DNA of 64,000 nucleotides from a bacterium (GTDB taxonomy: Bacteria; Patescibacteriota; Saccharimonadia; UBA4664). The stretch spans positions 968,729 through 1,032,728 of the forward strand of contig CP064960.1 in the NCBI GenBank assembly GCA_016699105.1. Direction: 5' to 3'. Below the pieces are notes generated by a model that did not search any database, was not told where the DNA came from, and worked only from the letters and a program-made list of their open reading frames with translations. The position numbers and the translations under genes were made by a program. The stretch's first letter is position 1; each line of letters starts with the position of its first letter. Of this stretch, positions 41,057-52,220 are shown piece after piece.

Positions 41057-42087
41057 CTACCCCCGCGGCTTTTTGGACTTGCTTTGTTGGCTAATTGCCT
41101 GCTCAAAGTCACCAACATACTCCAGGTCTTGCTGCGTGCGGAACTCGCTGTATTCCTGAATGGCCTTAGCGTCTGCCTGGGCCTTCGAGATTTTGCCGGC
41201 ATGTTTGAGCTTGGGATAATCATTCAACTCCAGGTAGCCGTCCATGATGCTGAGCCATTGAGCCATGGTTATGGGTAACCGACGGCTAGCACGGAGTTCA
41301 GCAGTATCCAGAAATGCCGACACCGCCAGCCGCAGGTGGTGGAGTTCAGCCTCGGTGAGGTAGTTTTTAGCGACGGTTACATCGGTACGCAGTACTTTGC
41401 CATCCGGTGCGAACTTCCAATTGGTTAGGCCCATGTGCGGTTTGGCGCTGCTGGACCGGTCATGTACGATTTCGGCTGCCGTGCCGCCGGCGACGGCGTA
41501 GTGAAGCTTGTTTTGGATGAAGGCAAAAAACTCTTTGGTCAGCTCGTTGGTTTTGTCATAGTCACTTGCAAGGGCAAAAATATCAGCGAGTTTGAGATAG
41601 ATACGGCGTTCACTGAGCCGGATCTCACGGACGCGCTCCAGGAGCTCGTCAAAGTAGTCTTTGCCAAAATGGGTGCCGTTTTTCAGGCGCTCATCGTCCA
41701 TAGCGAAGCCCTTAATGAGAAAATCGCGCAGAGTGACGGTGGCCCATTTACGGAACTGGGTACCTTCGAGAGATTTTACCCGATAGCCAACGGATATTAT
41801 TACGTCCAAATTGTAATAATTGGTGTCATACTGCTTGCCGTCGGCGGCAGTTGTCCGGAAATTCGGATTACTGCCGACTTATCGAGCTCACCTTCATCAA
41901 AAAGATTTCCGATATGCTCGCTGATGGTTTTCTTAGAGCGATTAAACAGCGCAGCCATTTTGTCTTGCGTGAGCCAGACAGTTTCGTCAGCGAAGAAGAC
42001 CTCGAGCTGAAGCTTGCCATCCGGGGCGGTATAAAACAGAAATTCGCCTTCGTGCGGGGCTAGCTGATTGTTGGTAGGCTTTCGCAT
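41057..42087 (-). CDS. RhuM-family virulence/defence-island protein (one apparent frameshift)
   Basis: N-terminal part ...ETVWLTQDKMAALFNRSKKTISEHIGNLFDEGEL, then (shift at about 41860, A run) DVIISVGYRVKSLEGTQFRKWATVTLRDFLIKGFAMDDERL. Confidence 0.8.
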
Positions 42088-42129
42088 ATTTCAATTATGC
42101 CGAACGGTTACCGTACATGCAAGACAATC

Positions 42130-42268
42130 TGTTGGCCTCGATGGTCTCGATTTTGCCATCGCCAATGTAGGGCCCGGCGATGAAGACGATTTTCATCGGG
42201 CGAGAGCCGAGGGGTGCCCAGGGGGGTGGTATCTGGAGGAGGGTGGTCATGGGCAGATTGTAGCAGAT
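42130..42268. repeat. 137-bp direct repeat, copy B (includes a truncated second copy of the DUF4406 start)
   Basis: Encodes MTTLLQIPPPWAPLGSRPMKIVFIAGPYIGDGKIETIEAN, then diverges. Confidence 0.8.
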
Positions 42269-42287
42269 TGGCTTATCTGGGGCTAAG

Positions 42288-42989
42288 TTAGCCGTGCCGC
42301 AACTCAAGCCGATCTTTGATTTCACGCCAACCCGGCAACTTTTGGTCGAGCAATGCTTTAAACTCGGACCCGTGGTTCTTAATAGTGAGATGACACAGCT
42401 CATGCACCATAACGTACTCGATCGCAGACTTATCTGACTCAATTAGTCGCGGGTTGACCACCACGTTTCCGGCGTTTGTGAAGCTACCCCATCGTTTCTG
42501 CATCTCTTTTACGATCAAACGAGGAGGCTCCACGCCATCGAAGTATCTTAGTGCTTTTGCGTAAACTTCACGAAATACGAAGTTGCGGCGATTTCTGTAC
42601 CAGCCTTCGATCAGCATTTTCGTATACTCGGGCATTTGTGCGCCCATTGATGTCGATACCCTAATCTTTCCTTTGAGTAGGCCGACGGAGTCCGTTTTGC
42701 CAGCTTCAACAATCAGTTCGTATTGCCGCCCGAGATACATGAGGCTTTCGCCTGAAACATACGATCTCTCGTAGCGCTTTTTGTGATACCGATCAAACAT
42801 CCGAAGCTGTTTATCGAGCCACCGCCACTTACTCTCAAGAAATTTTGTAATGCGCTCCTCGCCAGCATCATGAGGAGCCCTTAGTGTGATGGCTTGATCT
42901 GGCTCCACCGTAAGCCGGAGACTCTTCCGCGGCTCGTAAATGAGCTCGTACGAATATTCATACTGCCCATAACGAAAGACCCGTTTCAT
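42288..42989 (-). CDS. YgjP/DUF45 (SprT-like) metal-dependent hydrolase
   Basis: 233-aa ORF with HExxH (MVHELCHL). It is coupled to the 3' end of hsdR by a 4-nt overlap, its usual genomic context. Confidence 0.75.
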   Translation of the reverse strand: MKRVFRYGQYEYSYELIYEPRKSLRLTVEPDQAITLRAPHDAGEERITKFLESKWRWLDKQLRMFDRYHKKRYERSYVSGESLMYLGRQYELIVEAGKTDSVGLLKGKIRVSTSMGAQMPEYTKMLIEGWYRNRRNFVFREVYAKALRYFDGVEPPRLIVKEMQKRWGSFTNAGNVVVNPRLIESDKSAIEYVMVHELCHLTIKNHGSEFKALLDQKLPGWREIKDRLELRHG

Positions 42990-45900
42990 AGTTGGATGAA
43001 CACGTCGTGGTTGTTCTCTGCAAGTATCATGACATCGGTAATGATTGTTTCAATTTGGTCGTAGCTCAGGTCAATGCCCATCTTGCCCTTTACCTCGTCG
43101 TACAGATAGTCATCGAGAAGGCTGCGCATTTGGCGTTTGGTTTCATGGCTGTGCCACCAGTCAACTGTCGCGCTTTGCTGAACCATTTCGTTCATGCCTA
43201 GCACGGCCTGCTGATAAATTGCAGGACTAGATGCCCAGACCCCGAGAGTTGTTTCCAGGTTGCGGTAGAGAATGTCGGCACCCGGTTTGGCGGTAACTTC
43301 TGCTGGCAGCGAGTCGTCGCGCTTGCTCAGTACCGTATCACTTATGAGTCGCAGCTGTTTGAGCGCCTCGATGTCGGCGAGCTTTTTCTGGCGCATCTCT
43401 TCAATAATCTTTGAGATCTTTTTCGAGAATCTAGCATAGAACTCAGGATCGGTAGATAGCCGCTCGGTAATTGTCTTTTGGGTTTGGGCCGCAATAGCTT
43501 CAGCTTTCGACTTGTCAGACCCAAGCTCTGCAATAGCCTTCTCGAAGAGTTCTTTGTCCGTAATATCGATTTGTTCAGTGAGGAGCTCGGCTTCATCGGC
43601 CTTGATATTGTCATCCATAATCTTGATGAGCGCCAATTTGTAAGGCCGGAGATCGGTTTGGTCGGCGTAACGCAGATTAGCCGATTTACGTAGCTCGAGA
43701 AACTTTTTGCATTCGTCACGATACATATGCAGATGCGGGAATTTGGTCGCAAAATCCTGGAGCGTCATCGACTCGCCAAATAGCCGGATGAACTCGTTGA
43801 GAGCAAAAACGAATTGCTTACGCGTTGGCTCATCAGCCAAGAATTGTAGGTATGCCTCGTCGTCGTGAGCCACACCGTTAAATAGGTCGTGGAGCGCGGC
43901 GTAGGCTGACTCGAGTTCAATAATCTTGTCGCCGACATCGACCAATGCACCCTTTACGTCATTTTCATCGTAATTGCCAAACAACTGCATGGCCGTATGA
44001 ATGTTTTGGGCGTTCTCTGAGTAGTCGATGATAAACCCTGCCGTCTTGGGCAAGGTAGGGTTGTCATAGAGGCGGTTCACGCGAGCGATGGCTTGAAGCA
44101 AGTTATGATCGGTTAGCTCACGAGCCAGATACAGCACCGTATTACGCGGAGCGTCAAAACCGGTGAGGAGCTTATCAACCACGATCAGGATTTCGATACC
44201 GTCATCGTTATACTTGAAGCTATCCACGACATCCTTCTCATACGAAAGCAGGCTCTGATATTTCTCTTTAACGTCCTTGAGATAGTCGTCGACTTCTTTC
44301 TTGTGGTCGTCGCCTTCGTTGATGATGCCATTTTCATCCGAGATGACGAGCGCCGTATTGATGAGGCCGCTATCAGTAAAGAACTTCTGCATCATGACGG
44401 CCGAGAACTTTGACGGTGCCACGATCTGAGCCTTGAGGCCGGAGCCCTGTAGCTTATCAATGTAATGGCGTTGGATATCAAAGGCGATCTCGACGATGCG
44501 CTTCGGGTTATCTTTGATGACCCCCTGAGCTACTTGCTTCTGAAGCTGCCTCTTCTTTTCTTCAGATAACCCGGCGGTTAGGCGGTCAACGAGCCGGTCA
44601 ATTTCTTCTTTATCCTGCTTCAAATCAACATACCTGCCCTCATAGATAAGCGGCAAGATGATCTTGTCTTCCAGGGCATCGTCGATAGTGTACTTATCGA
44701 TGAAGTCACCGAACTTGCCACGTGAGCGCTCATTTTTGAGGAGCGGCGTTCCGGTAAAGGCGATGTAGCAGGCATTCGGTATCACGAGGTTCATTTCGCT
44801 GTTGGCGTCGCCGCCCTGGGAACGGTGAGCCTCATCAATGAGTACAAAGATGTTCTCGTCTGGGTCCTTAAACCCGGCGCGCTTGCGAGCGGCGGTCTGA
44901 AATTTATGCACGAGCGTCGTAACTATGCGTTTGTCTTTGAATTGAATGAGATCGAGCAGGTGTTCACCGCTCGTTGCCTGAATCACATCTTTCTTGAGGC
45001 CGGCATTATTGAACGTGCCCTTGATCTGACGGTCGAGATCTTTCCGATCGGTCACGATGATGATGCGGGGGTTCGTGATAGTACTGTCTTCAATGAGTGC
45101 CCGCACAAACATCACCATGGTCAGTGATTTGCCCGAACCTTGAGTATGCCAGACAATACCGCCCTGGCGGCGCTCCCTATTTCCAGCTGCTCAGTTTGCT
45201 TGATGCGCCGCAGAATTTTATGGATCGCAAAGTACTGCTGGTAGCGCATCACTTTCTTGGTGCCAGCATCATAAAGGATGTAGTTCTTGGCGATATCGAG
45301 CAGGCGGGCCTTGTCGAACATCGCGACAACGCTGCGGTCCTGGGCGGTTACTTCCCGCTCAAGTTTTTGGGTATAACCGAGTACCGATCCGTTGAGATCG
45401 GCCAGGAGATCAGAGTATGTGCTGGCCGGGATTGGTTGCGACATAAGCGCCCGCACGCGTCCATCCAGAACGCTATTCGGTGTATCCTTCTCGCGCCAGG
45501 TGGCGTAGAACTTGGCCGGGGTTCCGGTGGTGCCGTAGCGCATGTCTTTCCCGTTGGTGGCGATGAGCAATTGCGTGTAGATAAATAACCGCGGGCAGCG
45601 GTCGACGCTTTGGTTCCGAACCTGCTGATTCATAGCTTCATCAACTTCGACACTGGATTTTTTGTTCTCGATGATCACAAATGGTATGCCGTTCACAAAG
45701 CACACGATGTCGGGCCGAATGTTGCCCTTGCCGCTGGCAGGGTACTCAACGGTGACATGGAATTCGTTATTTTCTGGCATGTCAAAATCGATGAACCGGA
45801 AACTTTTGGATTCATACTTGCCGTCGAGCAACATCTTAATGGTGCGTCCGCCGCGAGTTGGCATGACGGTGTGATAGACGGTTTTTGAAGTGTCGACCAG

Positions 45901-46164
45901 GCCTTCAAACTGAAGATTTTCCAGCTCGTCGATGGCGTCATTGATATCTTTGTCGCTAAACTGGTGGAGCGCATCGGCGTGTTCGTAGCGATTGATCTTC
46001 ATGAGCGCGCGGGCGGCGATGTCTTTGAGAATGAAGTTTGAGGTATCATCGCCACGCTGACGGAGGGCCTCGCCGACCGGGATGTAGTTATAACCGAGGT
46101 TGATGAGCAGCTCGACGAATGGCAGCTGGGATTGCTTGGCCTCGTCGAAATTGATGTCATGCAT
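42986..46164 (-). CDS. hsdR: Type I restriction enzyme R subunit (one apparent frameshift)
   Basis: N-terminal nuclease-like domain (45121-46164, true start MHDINFDEAKQ) and SF2 helicase body (42986-45118, TGTPLL, VLIDEAHRSQ). They are separated by a missing A at about 45180 (expected ...EQLENRERRQGGIVWHTQGSGKSLTMVMF). Confidence 0.9.
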
Positions 46165-47387
46165 GGGTGGGTTCCTTTGCGAGAGGCTTGAGGGTTTCGG
46201 GCACGCGGATTTTGCCAGTGACGAGGTTGTTGAGGAGGTATTTACGCTGAGTTTTGATGATGGCGAGCTTGCGCTCGAGGGTGGTAATTTCGTCATCAAC
46301 GGCAGTCAGAATTTGGGCGATTGCAATTTGCTCTTCGGGTTCGAGGGGAACATAAACATCTGCATCAAAGAAATCAACCGCACTTATATTCAGCAAGCCG
46401 TGGTTTCGCGCCCCTTCCTGTGTAACCGTGGATAAAACCTTGTTGAACAGACCCTGCTCAAAGTAGTGCTGAAGGTAGTCTGATTCAATTCGGGTCGGTG
46501 TAAACGCTAAATAGAGTGTTGATACCGCTCCTTTTTTGTACGCGTTTAGTCTTTTTATAGCACCCATCGGGTAGCCTTTTGAATAACTCTTATTGTAAGC
46601 GAACTCGCCATTGTGCAAGAGCAAATAGCCTGACAGGTCAATGGCGGCTATGCGTTTAGAAAAATATTCCCCTTGTGCAACCAATCCATCTTGTGCCGAT
46701 ATAGTGAGCGCATTCTGGTTTAACTCGCTGTTTTTTCTATTGATTCTCGTACAAACCTCACCCAGTTTCAGGCTCCCCCAGTTTGACCGAAACCCTGGTA
46801 GCCTTATTGCCCCCGTAAGCAGCCCTTCCGCTAGACCATCTTTTAACCGCCTTTTTACTCTGATCGTCACCTGCGACACATTAATTAACTTGTCGCAAGT
46901 CTCTAGCATTGCGACTATACGCTGTTGTACGGGTATAGGTGGAGTCAGAATTTGTAAATCCTTGATCGATTGCAAAAGAGATTTTTATTGTTGAACCAGT
47001 GAGTTCATCAAGCAATCTGGCCCTAGTCTGATCGCATAAAAGAAAATAGTATAAGTATTTTCTTTCTAGGTCGTCTGCACAGTTGATATATGCAGCGCTT
47101 TTCCCGAGTACAATTTGTTCGCCATTGTAAAGCGCAAGACTACCAATCGTGCCATTGATTGACATCAGAATGGTAGAGCCATCAAGGAGCTTCTTATGTT
47201 TTTCGTATTCATTGAGATCAACCTCCTTTGTGCTCCGGCTAATTCGTATCTCTCCGTCAACCAAATTATTGCCGTTGATGAAGAAAATGCCCGTACCGGT
47301 GCTATATTTTGGCGTGCCATGAATACCATCACTAATCTTAGTCGTGATGTCCTTAAGCTTCCACAACCGGTTGGTGTCATTTGCCAT
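46157..47387 (-). CDS. hsdS: Type I R-M specificity subunit (one apparent frameshift)
   Basis: TRD1 (46881-47387) and conserved repeat/TRD2 (46157-46975; ...LQILTPPIPVQQRIVAMLE..., C-terminal ...PLEPEEQIAIAQIL...). The junction is at about 46975 (T run). It overlaps the hsdR start by 8 nt. Confidence 0.85.
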
Positions 47388-47829
47388 CTTTGTCTCGTTT
47401 TTCTACGGCAGTTTTGGCATCATCGGGCAAAGCGTCATATAACGCCTCGATTTCTTTAGGCTCGGTAATTAGTTTTTGAGCGATAAAATTTATCAGGCTG
47501 AATAACGCTACTACCTTAGCTGGATCCTCATCTAAATTGATCTCGCCCGGGTGAACGGCGTTATTGCCCGTAATACGCAGCGCGTCCAATGCCTTCTGAA
47601 TAGTCGGGCTTAGTCCGGCATTCACAAGTTCTGCAATATCATCATTGATGTTCTTGCCTTTCTGTCCAAGTTGAACACAGAGCTTTTGGAGCCCTAGACG
47701 CAATAATGCGGCGGCTGCACGAGGCGAGTCGGCCAGTACCTGAGCGGCTTCATTGTAATCAGCCTGAATATCGGGGTTCAGGTCTCCATTCGGCTGGTCA
47801 ACCGTAATGCTTCGAGGCAAAACTAACAC
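47377..47829 (-). CDS. DUF4145 domain protein (RM-associated)
   Basis: 150-aa ORF with a DUF4145 pattern (RAAAALLRLGLQKLCVQLG). It overlaps the hsdS start. Confidence 0.65.
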   Translation of the reverse strand: MLVLPRSITVDQPNGDLNPDIQADYNEAAQVLADSPRAAAALLRLGLQKLCVQLGQKGKNINDDIAELVNAGLSPTIQKALDALRITGNNAVHPGEINLDEDPAKVVALFSLINFIAQKLITEPKEIEALYDALPDDAKTAVEKRDKDGK

Positions 47830-48075
47830 CTCATTTAGCCAAATACAGTAACCACTACAGTGCTCACACTTTGAAAACTACATATTGTTCAGGAAGTAAT
47901 TCGCTAAACTCGCTTGACCCATAAATATTTGATCGGGTGCCCCTGTGAGGTCTTGAGTAGCCATCAGATGAAGCCGTAAGGTGGGACCAAAATTGCTTTG
48001 CAAAGACCCCGCATACGCCACAGTGGAACGCAGCGACGCTAAAGCCGGGGGCTATATATTCATTTCTCGCCATGG

Positions 48076-48879
48076 CTACTCCCCCAACGATTCTTCTTGA
48101 TTTTGCTTCTTAATACGAGTCTTCGCCTTATTTATGCCATCGGCAACAGGCAAATTCTCGGGCATAGTGCCGCCCAGTTGGTCGATGGTTTGGCGAACTT
48201 TTTGGCCGACTTCGTAGTGGGCAAGGTTTGCCTCGGCTTCGCCCTGAATGCCCTCGCGCTTGAGCTTGGCGTCGGCCTGAGTGGCGCGAAAGAGGTTGGC
48301 AGCCAGTTCTTCGCTACCCATATGGTCGAGAATTCCTTGGGATTTTTTGAGCTGCTTCTTCTTATGGATTTGTTGGGCGGTCATCTTATATAGGCCTTTA
48401 TAACCAGCATTCTGGAAAGTGCCAAAGTTTGATACTCCAGCCTTTTTGGCAGAACTCGCAAGTGAGGCGTTGTGTACCGAAATTTCATCTCGAAGCACTA
48501 CTCGCTTGCCGTCTTCGACGAGAGTATCACTGTCTTCTTGACGCTTGGTTTGGATAGCGAAGTAGGTTTGACCGAGCGCTACCACCTCTTTAGTCGGGTC
48601 GGAGTTCTGTATTATCAAATAGCAGGCGTAGCGACTAAGTTTTACGTCATCGATCTCGCGCTGTGCGCCCGAGCCAAGGACTACCATTTCGAGAATATCC
48701 TCGAAATGGTCGTGGACAACTTGACCACTGTTTTTGGCGGACTCTTTGGCTTTCGTGATTACTGGCAAGAAGTGACGGTATTCGGAGTAGCCAAGAACCT
48801 TACATAAATCTCGCGCCATCCAGTATTCGGCTTGGCTATAATCGACCAGCTTAATTTCTTCAAATACCGTGATGTTCAC
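48076..48879 (-). CDS. dinD: DNA damage-inducible protein D-like
   Basis: 267-aa ORF with strong similarity to the DinD N-terminal region (FEEIK...YWMARDLCKVLGYSEYRHFLPVITKAKESAKNSGQVVHDHFEDILEMVVLGSGAQREIDDVKLSRYACYLIIQN). Confidence 0.75.
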   Translation of the reverse strand: MNITVFEEIKLVDYSQAEYWMARDLCKVLGYSEYRHFLPVITKAKESAKNSGQVVHDHFEDILEMVVLGSGAQREIDDVKLSRYACYLIIQNSDPTKEVVALGQTYFAIQTKRQEDSDTLVEDGKRVVLRDEISVHNASLASSAKKAGVSNFGTFQNAGYKGLYKMTAQQIHKKKQLKKSQGILDHMGSEELAANLFRATQADAKLKREGIQGEAEANLAHYEVGQKVRQTIDQLGGTMPENLPVADGINKAKTRIKKQNQEESLGE

Positions 48880-49073
48880 TGCCTACCCCCTAACTGTATG
48901 CTTAATGTACCGATTGTGGCTCTGTATAGCGCTGATACCATTTCGAGGAGATGCTCGAAATGGTTGTGGAAAACTATCTTAACCGCATCGAAATCGATGC
49001 GGTTACTAGATACTAATTTCATGAGTATAGCAACGTGCAATTCTTGCATGTTACTCGTCTCGTACGGATTCAT
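48876..49073 (-). CDS. Small ORF containing a diverged partial duplicate of a dinD internal segment
   Basis: 65 aa, overlapping hsdM and dinD by 4 nt each. HFEHLLEMV matches dinD HFEDILEMV, and the DNA segments are about 80% identical over about 45 nt. Confidence 0.35.
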   Translation of the reverse strand: MNPYETSNMQELHVAILMKLVSSNRIDFDAVKIVFHNHFEHLLEMVSALYRATIGTLSIQLGGRQ

Positions 49074-50584
49074 GATTTAATCCCCAACTGCTTCAAATAA
49101 TCGTCCATCTGGGCTTCCAGACGGGCTAGCTCGGGCTTGAGGGCTTCGAGCTCTTTGATGGTGGCCTGGATGTCGATTTCGGCTTCTTCCACAAAGGTGT
49201 CAACGTAGCGGGTGATGTTGAGGTTGAAGTCGTTTTCCTGGATTTCGTCGAAGGTGGCGACATGGGCGAATTTGTCGACGTCCTTGCGCTCTTTGAAGGT
49301 ATTGAAGATAGTGTCGATGTGCTCAGGCTCGAGGGTGTTGCGGGCTTTGCCGGGTTTGAAGAGCTTGGAGGCTTCAATGAATAGCACATCCTTTTTGTCG
49401 TGGTTGGCACCACCAACTTCGCGGGAGCGGTCGATTACCAAAATAGCGACAGGGATGCCAGTGGTCTGGAATAGGCCGGCCGGTAGCCCAATGACAGCAT
49501 CGATGATGTTTTCGCGCAAGAAGGCTTCACGGATTTTACCTTCCACGCCGCCCCGGAAGAGCACACCGTGTGGAACAATGACTGCAATGCGGCCGGTCTT
49601 GGGCTTGGCGGTTTCCACCATGTGCGTCACGAAAGCGTAGTCACCTTTGTCCTTGGGCGGGATGCCACGCCAGAAGCGCTTGTACCGGTCGTCTTCGGCA
49701 TTTTCGGCACCCCATTTCTTGAGCGAGAAGGGCGGATTGGCCACACAGATATCAAACTTCATGAGGCGATCATTTTCGACGAAGAGCGGATTGTTGAGAG
49801 TGTCGCCCCATTCCAGGTGTGCGGAGTCTTTGCCGTGGAGGAACATGTTCATGCGAGCCAGCTGGTAGGTGCTGCCGGTTGATTCCTGGCCATAGAGGGC
49901 ATAGTTATTGGAGCCCTGCTTTTCGACTTCGGCGCCAGCGAGCAGCAAGAGGCCGCCACTACCGACGGCCGGATCGCAAATGCGGTCGCCAGGTTTGGGC
50001 TGAGCCAACCGTGCCACCAATGACGCCACGCTTTTGATCGTGAAGAACTCACCAGCCTTCTTGCCGGCGTCGGCGCCGAACTTATCAATGAGGTACATGT
50101 ACGAGTTGCCAATGACGTCTTCATTGATGTGGGCGAGATCAATGGAGTTGAAGTCGTCGAGCAAATGGCGGAGCATCTTGTTTCGCTGCTCGAGCCTGCC
50201 GAGCGTGGACTCAGAGTTGAAGTCGACGCTGAAGACGCCTTCAAGCTTGGCTTTGTTAATATCCTCGATGCGGTGCAGGGCCTTGTTGATTTCTTCGCCG
50301 ATGTTGTCTTCATCTTTCTTGGCGTAGACGTAGTCAAAGGTGGCTTCTTCTGGCAAGTAAAACCGCTCGGTTTTCATCTTGTTGGCAATGCGCTCGGTGT
50401 CGCCGCCGAAGCGATCTTTGTAAACCTCATACTGCTTTTTTGACAGATCACTGAGGTATTTAAAGAACAACATCGTGAGCACGTAGTCTTTGTAGATACC
50501 GGCATCGAGGGAGGTGCGGGACGAGTCGGCCGCATTCCAGAGTATGTTATTGAGCTCTTCTTGGGTGTAGGTTCTGGCGGTCAT
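49070..50584 (-). CDS. hsdM: Type I R-M N6-adenine DNA methyltransferase subunit
   Basis: 504-aa intact ORF with an HsdM N-terminal domain, SAM motif and catalytic NPPF (ANPPFSLKKWG). Confidence 0.92.
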   Translation of the reverse strand: MTARTYTQEELNNILWNAADSSRTSLDAGIYKDYVLTMLFFKYLSDLSKKQYEVYKDRFGGDTERIANKMKTERFYLPEEATFDYVYAKKDEDNIGEEINKALHRIEDINKAKLEGVFSVDFNSESTLGRLEQRNKMLRHLLDDFNSIDLAHINEDVIGNSYMYLIDKFGADAGKKAGEFFTIKSVASLVARLAQPKPGDRICDPAVGSGGLLLLAGAEVEKQGSNNYALYGQESTGSTYQLARMNMFLHGKDSAHLEWGDTLNNPLFVENDRLMKFDICVANPPFSLKKWGAENAEDDRYKRFWRGIPPKDKGDYAFVTHMVETAKPKTGRIAVIVPHGVLFRGGVEGKIREAFLRENIIDAVIGLPAGLFQTTGIPVAILVIDRSREVGGANHDKKDVLFIEASKLFKPGKARNTLEPEHIDTIFNTFKERKDVDKFAHVATFDEIQENDFNLNITRYVDTFVEEAEIDIQATIKELEALKPELARLEAQMDDYLKQLGIKS

Positions 50585-51150
50585 TTGATGGCTCCTTCGA
50601 TTGCGGTGAGCGATTGGTTAAGTATTGATTGGCTGAGAGCGGTTTTTCGTTCAAGGATGGCTCGTTGGCGCATCAAGTTTTGGTGTAGCGCGACGTAGAG
50701 CGCTTGGCGGTCGAGCGGAATATCGGGAACCGGGAGCTGGCGGAGAGTATCAATGAGGAGGGTCTTGATGGATGAGCCGGTAGAGTTTTGGGCGAAGTAG
50801 GCTTGGGCGGCGGGACTATTAAGATGTATTGCCAAATACTCTGGTAAAAGACGGCTCTCATCGGGTTTCATTATGTAGAGCGATGAGCTGGCAATTATCG
50901 GCTCGTCGCAGTTTAACGCGGCGGCACGAAAGCTACCGCGAGCTGCGAGTAAGACAACCATGCCGGTTTCTGGTGCTGTGCGGTAGTCTGCGCCCGTTAC
51001 CCGCGGAAGGCTCTCTAGTTCGACGCCGACGGCCGTCACATCTTTTGATTGGGCTACGCGAACATCTCCAGCAGGGTCATGAAGCACCGGGCCACGGAAG
51101 GTGTAGCCGGATTGGAGCTTGAGTATGAGTTCGTGTAGCTGCGTGGTCAT
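50581..51150 (-). CDS. HsdS-like single-TRD half subunit
   Basis: 189-aa ORF: one target-recognition domain plus the conserved HsdS repeat (SSIKTLLIDTLRQLPVPDIPLDRQ). 4-nt overlap with the hsdM start. Confidence 0.6.
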   Translation of the reverse strand: MTTQLHELILKLQSGYTFRGPVLHDPAGDVRVAQSKDVTAVGVELESLPRVTGADYRTAPETGMVVLLAARGSFRAAALNCDEPIIASSSLYIMKPDESRLLPEYLAIHLNSPAAQAYFAQNSTGSSIKTLLIDTLRQLPVPDIPLDRQALYVALHQNLMRQRAILERKTALSQSILNQSLTAIEGAIK

Positions 51151-51224
51151 ACAAGGAATGTATCACACTATTTGTACATTTGCAACTGCGCACTGACTGC
51201 TACTGTAGCATATCTACTGGATAT

Positions 51225-51425
51225 CTATGACTTCCACTTACCAAACCGCTTCATCACCCATTGGATTGTCGGCAGGATGTAGTAAACGTCGTCTGAATTC
51301 CGAATGTCAAATCGACTTACCGGTGTATTGTAATGCTCGAAGCTATTAGGCATGTAGGTAATGCGGCCGTCGGGATCCATAATATCGACGTCCTCAGGGC
51401 GAATGCTCGGGATTTCAATTGTCAT
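51225..51425 (-). CDS. Small hypothetical protein (66 aa), translationally coupled to the upstream nuclease gene
   Basis: 4-nt overlap with the 51422-52179 gene. No family recognised. Confidence 0.4.
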   Translation of the reverse strand: MTIEIPSIRPEDVDIMDPDGRITYMPNSFEHYNTPVSRFDIRNSDDVYYILPTIQWVMKRFGKWKS

Positions 51426-52179
51426 TTTTGGTTATGCGGCTTGATATAGATGACCGTACTAGCGCCATTCTCGCCAAGAGCTAAACCGATGTGACCCGAG
51501 CGCGGGTTTTCCTTGATGCGCTCATCGATCATCATGAGGCGGTCGCACAGTTCTTCGTAGATTGGCAGCCATTCAGCTTTGGCGCCGGTGAAGTGATCGG
51601 CGACGGTGTACTTTTTGACCTCTTTACTAACCTCATTGATGGTCTGGCTTTTCTTGGAAATCGTGTTGATCGACTCGCTAGAATCCGGGGTTTTGAGGCG
51701 ATTAAACAGTACTGTGTCGTTGCTGTAATATTTGGCTTCCCAGAGCTCCATCGGCAGATCGCGGAAGTTGATGGCTTGCTGTTGGTAGGTGGTGAAGGAA
51801 TTAGCCACAAAGATTACCCGCGACTGCGACCAATCAACGTCGGTTTTGCCGAGGTGCTTGGACATGTGCTCGTTGTATTCAAGGATGAAATCGGCTTTAT
51901 GGTTGAGCATGAGCGAAAGGTAGGCGTAGCCCTGATCAACCACGCTAAAGCTGTGATCGCGCTTGTACTCAATGATTACAAAGGCTTTGGCCTCGGCATC
52001 GAAGGCCAGCGTGTCGACGCGTAGGCCGTTGAGCTGGAATTCGGTGGTCACAAATATAAGGCCAAAGACAGCTTCAAGATTGGCTTCGGCGAGGCGCTGG
52101 AGATCGCTTTCCTTGTACGATTTGGGATTGAGCTCGTTGATGGAGGTGAGCTTGTTCTGGTGGCGGAGAAGATTGGCAT
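51422..52179 (-). CDS. HsdR_N-like PD-(D/E)xK nuclease-domain protein (one apparent frameshift near the start)
   Basis: About 252 aa. ...SDLQRLAEANLEAVFGLIFVTTEFQLNGLRVDTLAFDAEAKAFVIIEYKRD matches the HSDR_N/Mrr-cat D...(D/E)xK pattern. The C-terminal domain is unrecognised. The start atgcca(a)atc lacks an A at about 52173. Confidence 0.55.
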
Positions 52180-52220
52180 GATACAGCGTATTTTACGCTC
52201 GACTTCAGGTCGAGGCTAGC

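Noticed and set aside
42095-42442. 115-aa minus-strand ORF
   Set aside because: It is a chimera of the duplicated DUF4406 start (137-bp repeat, copy B) and an out-of-frame read through the ygjP 3' end.
49126-50443. Multiple 70-160-aa ORFs on both strands inside hsdM
   Set aside because: Alternative-frame and antisense ORFs lying inside a well-supported 504-aa methyltransferase gene.
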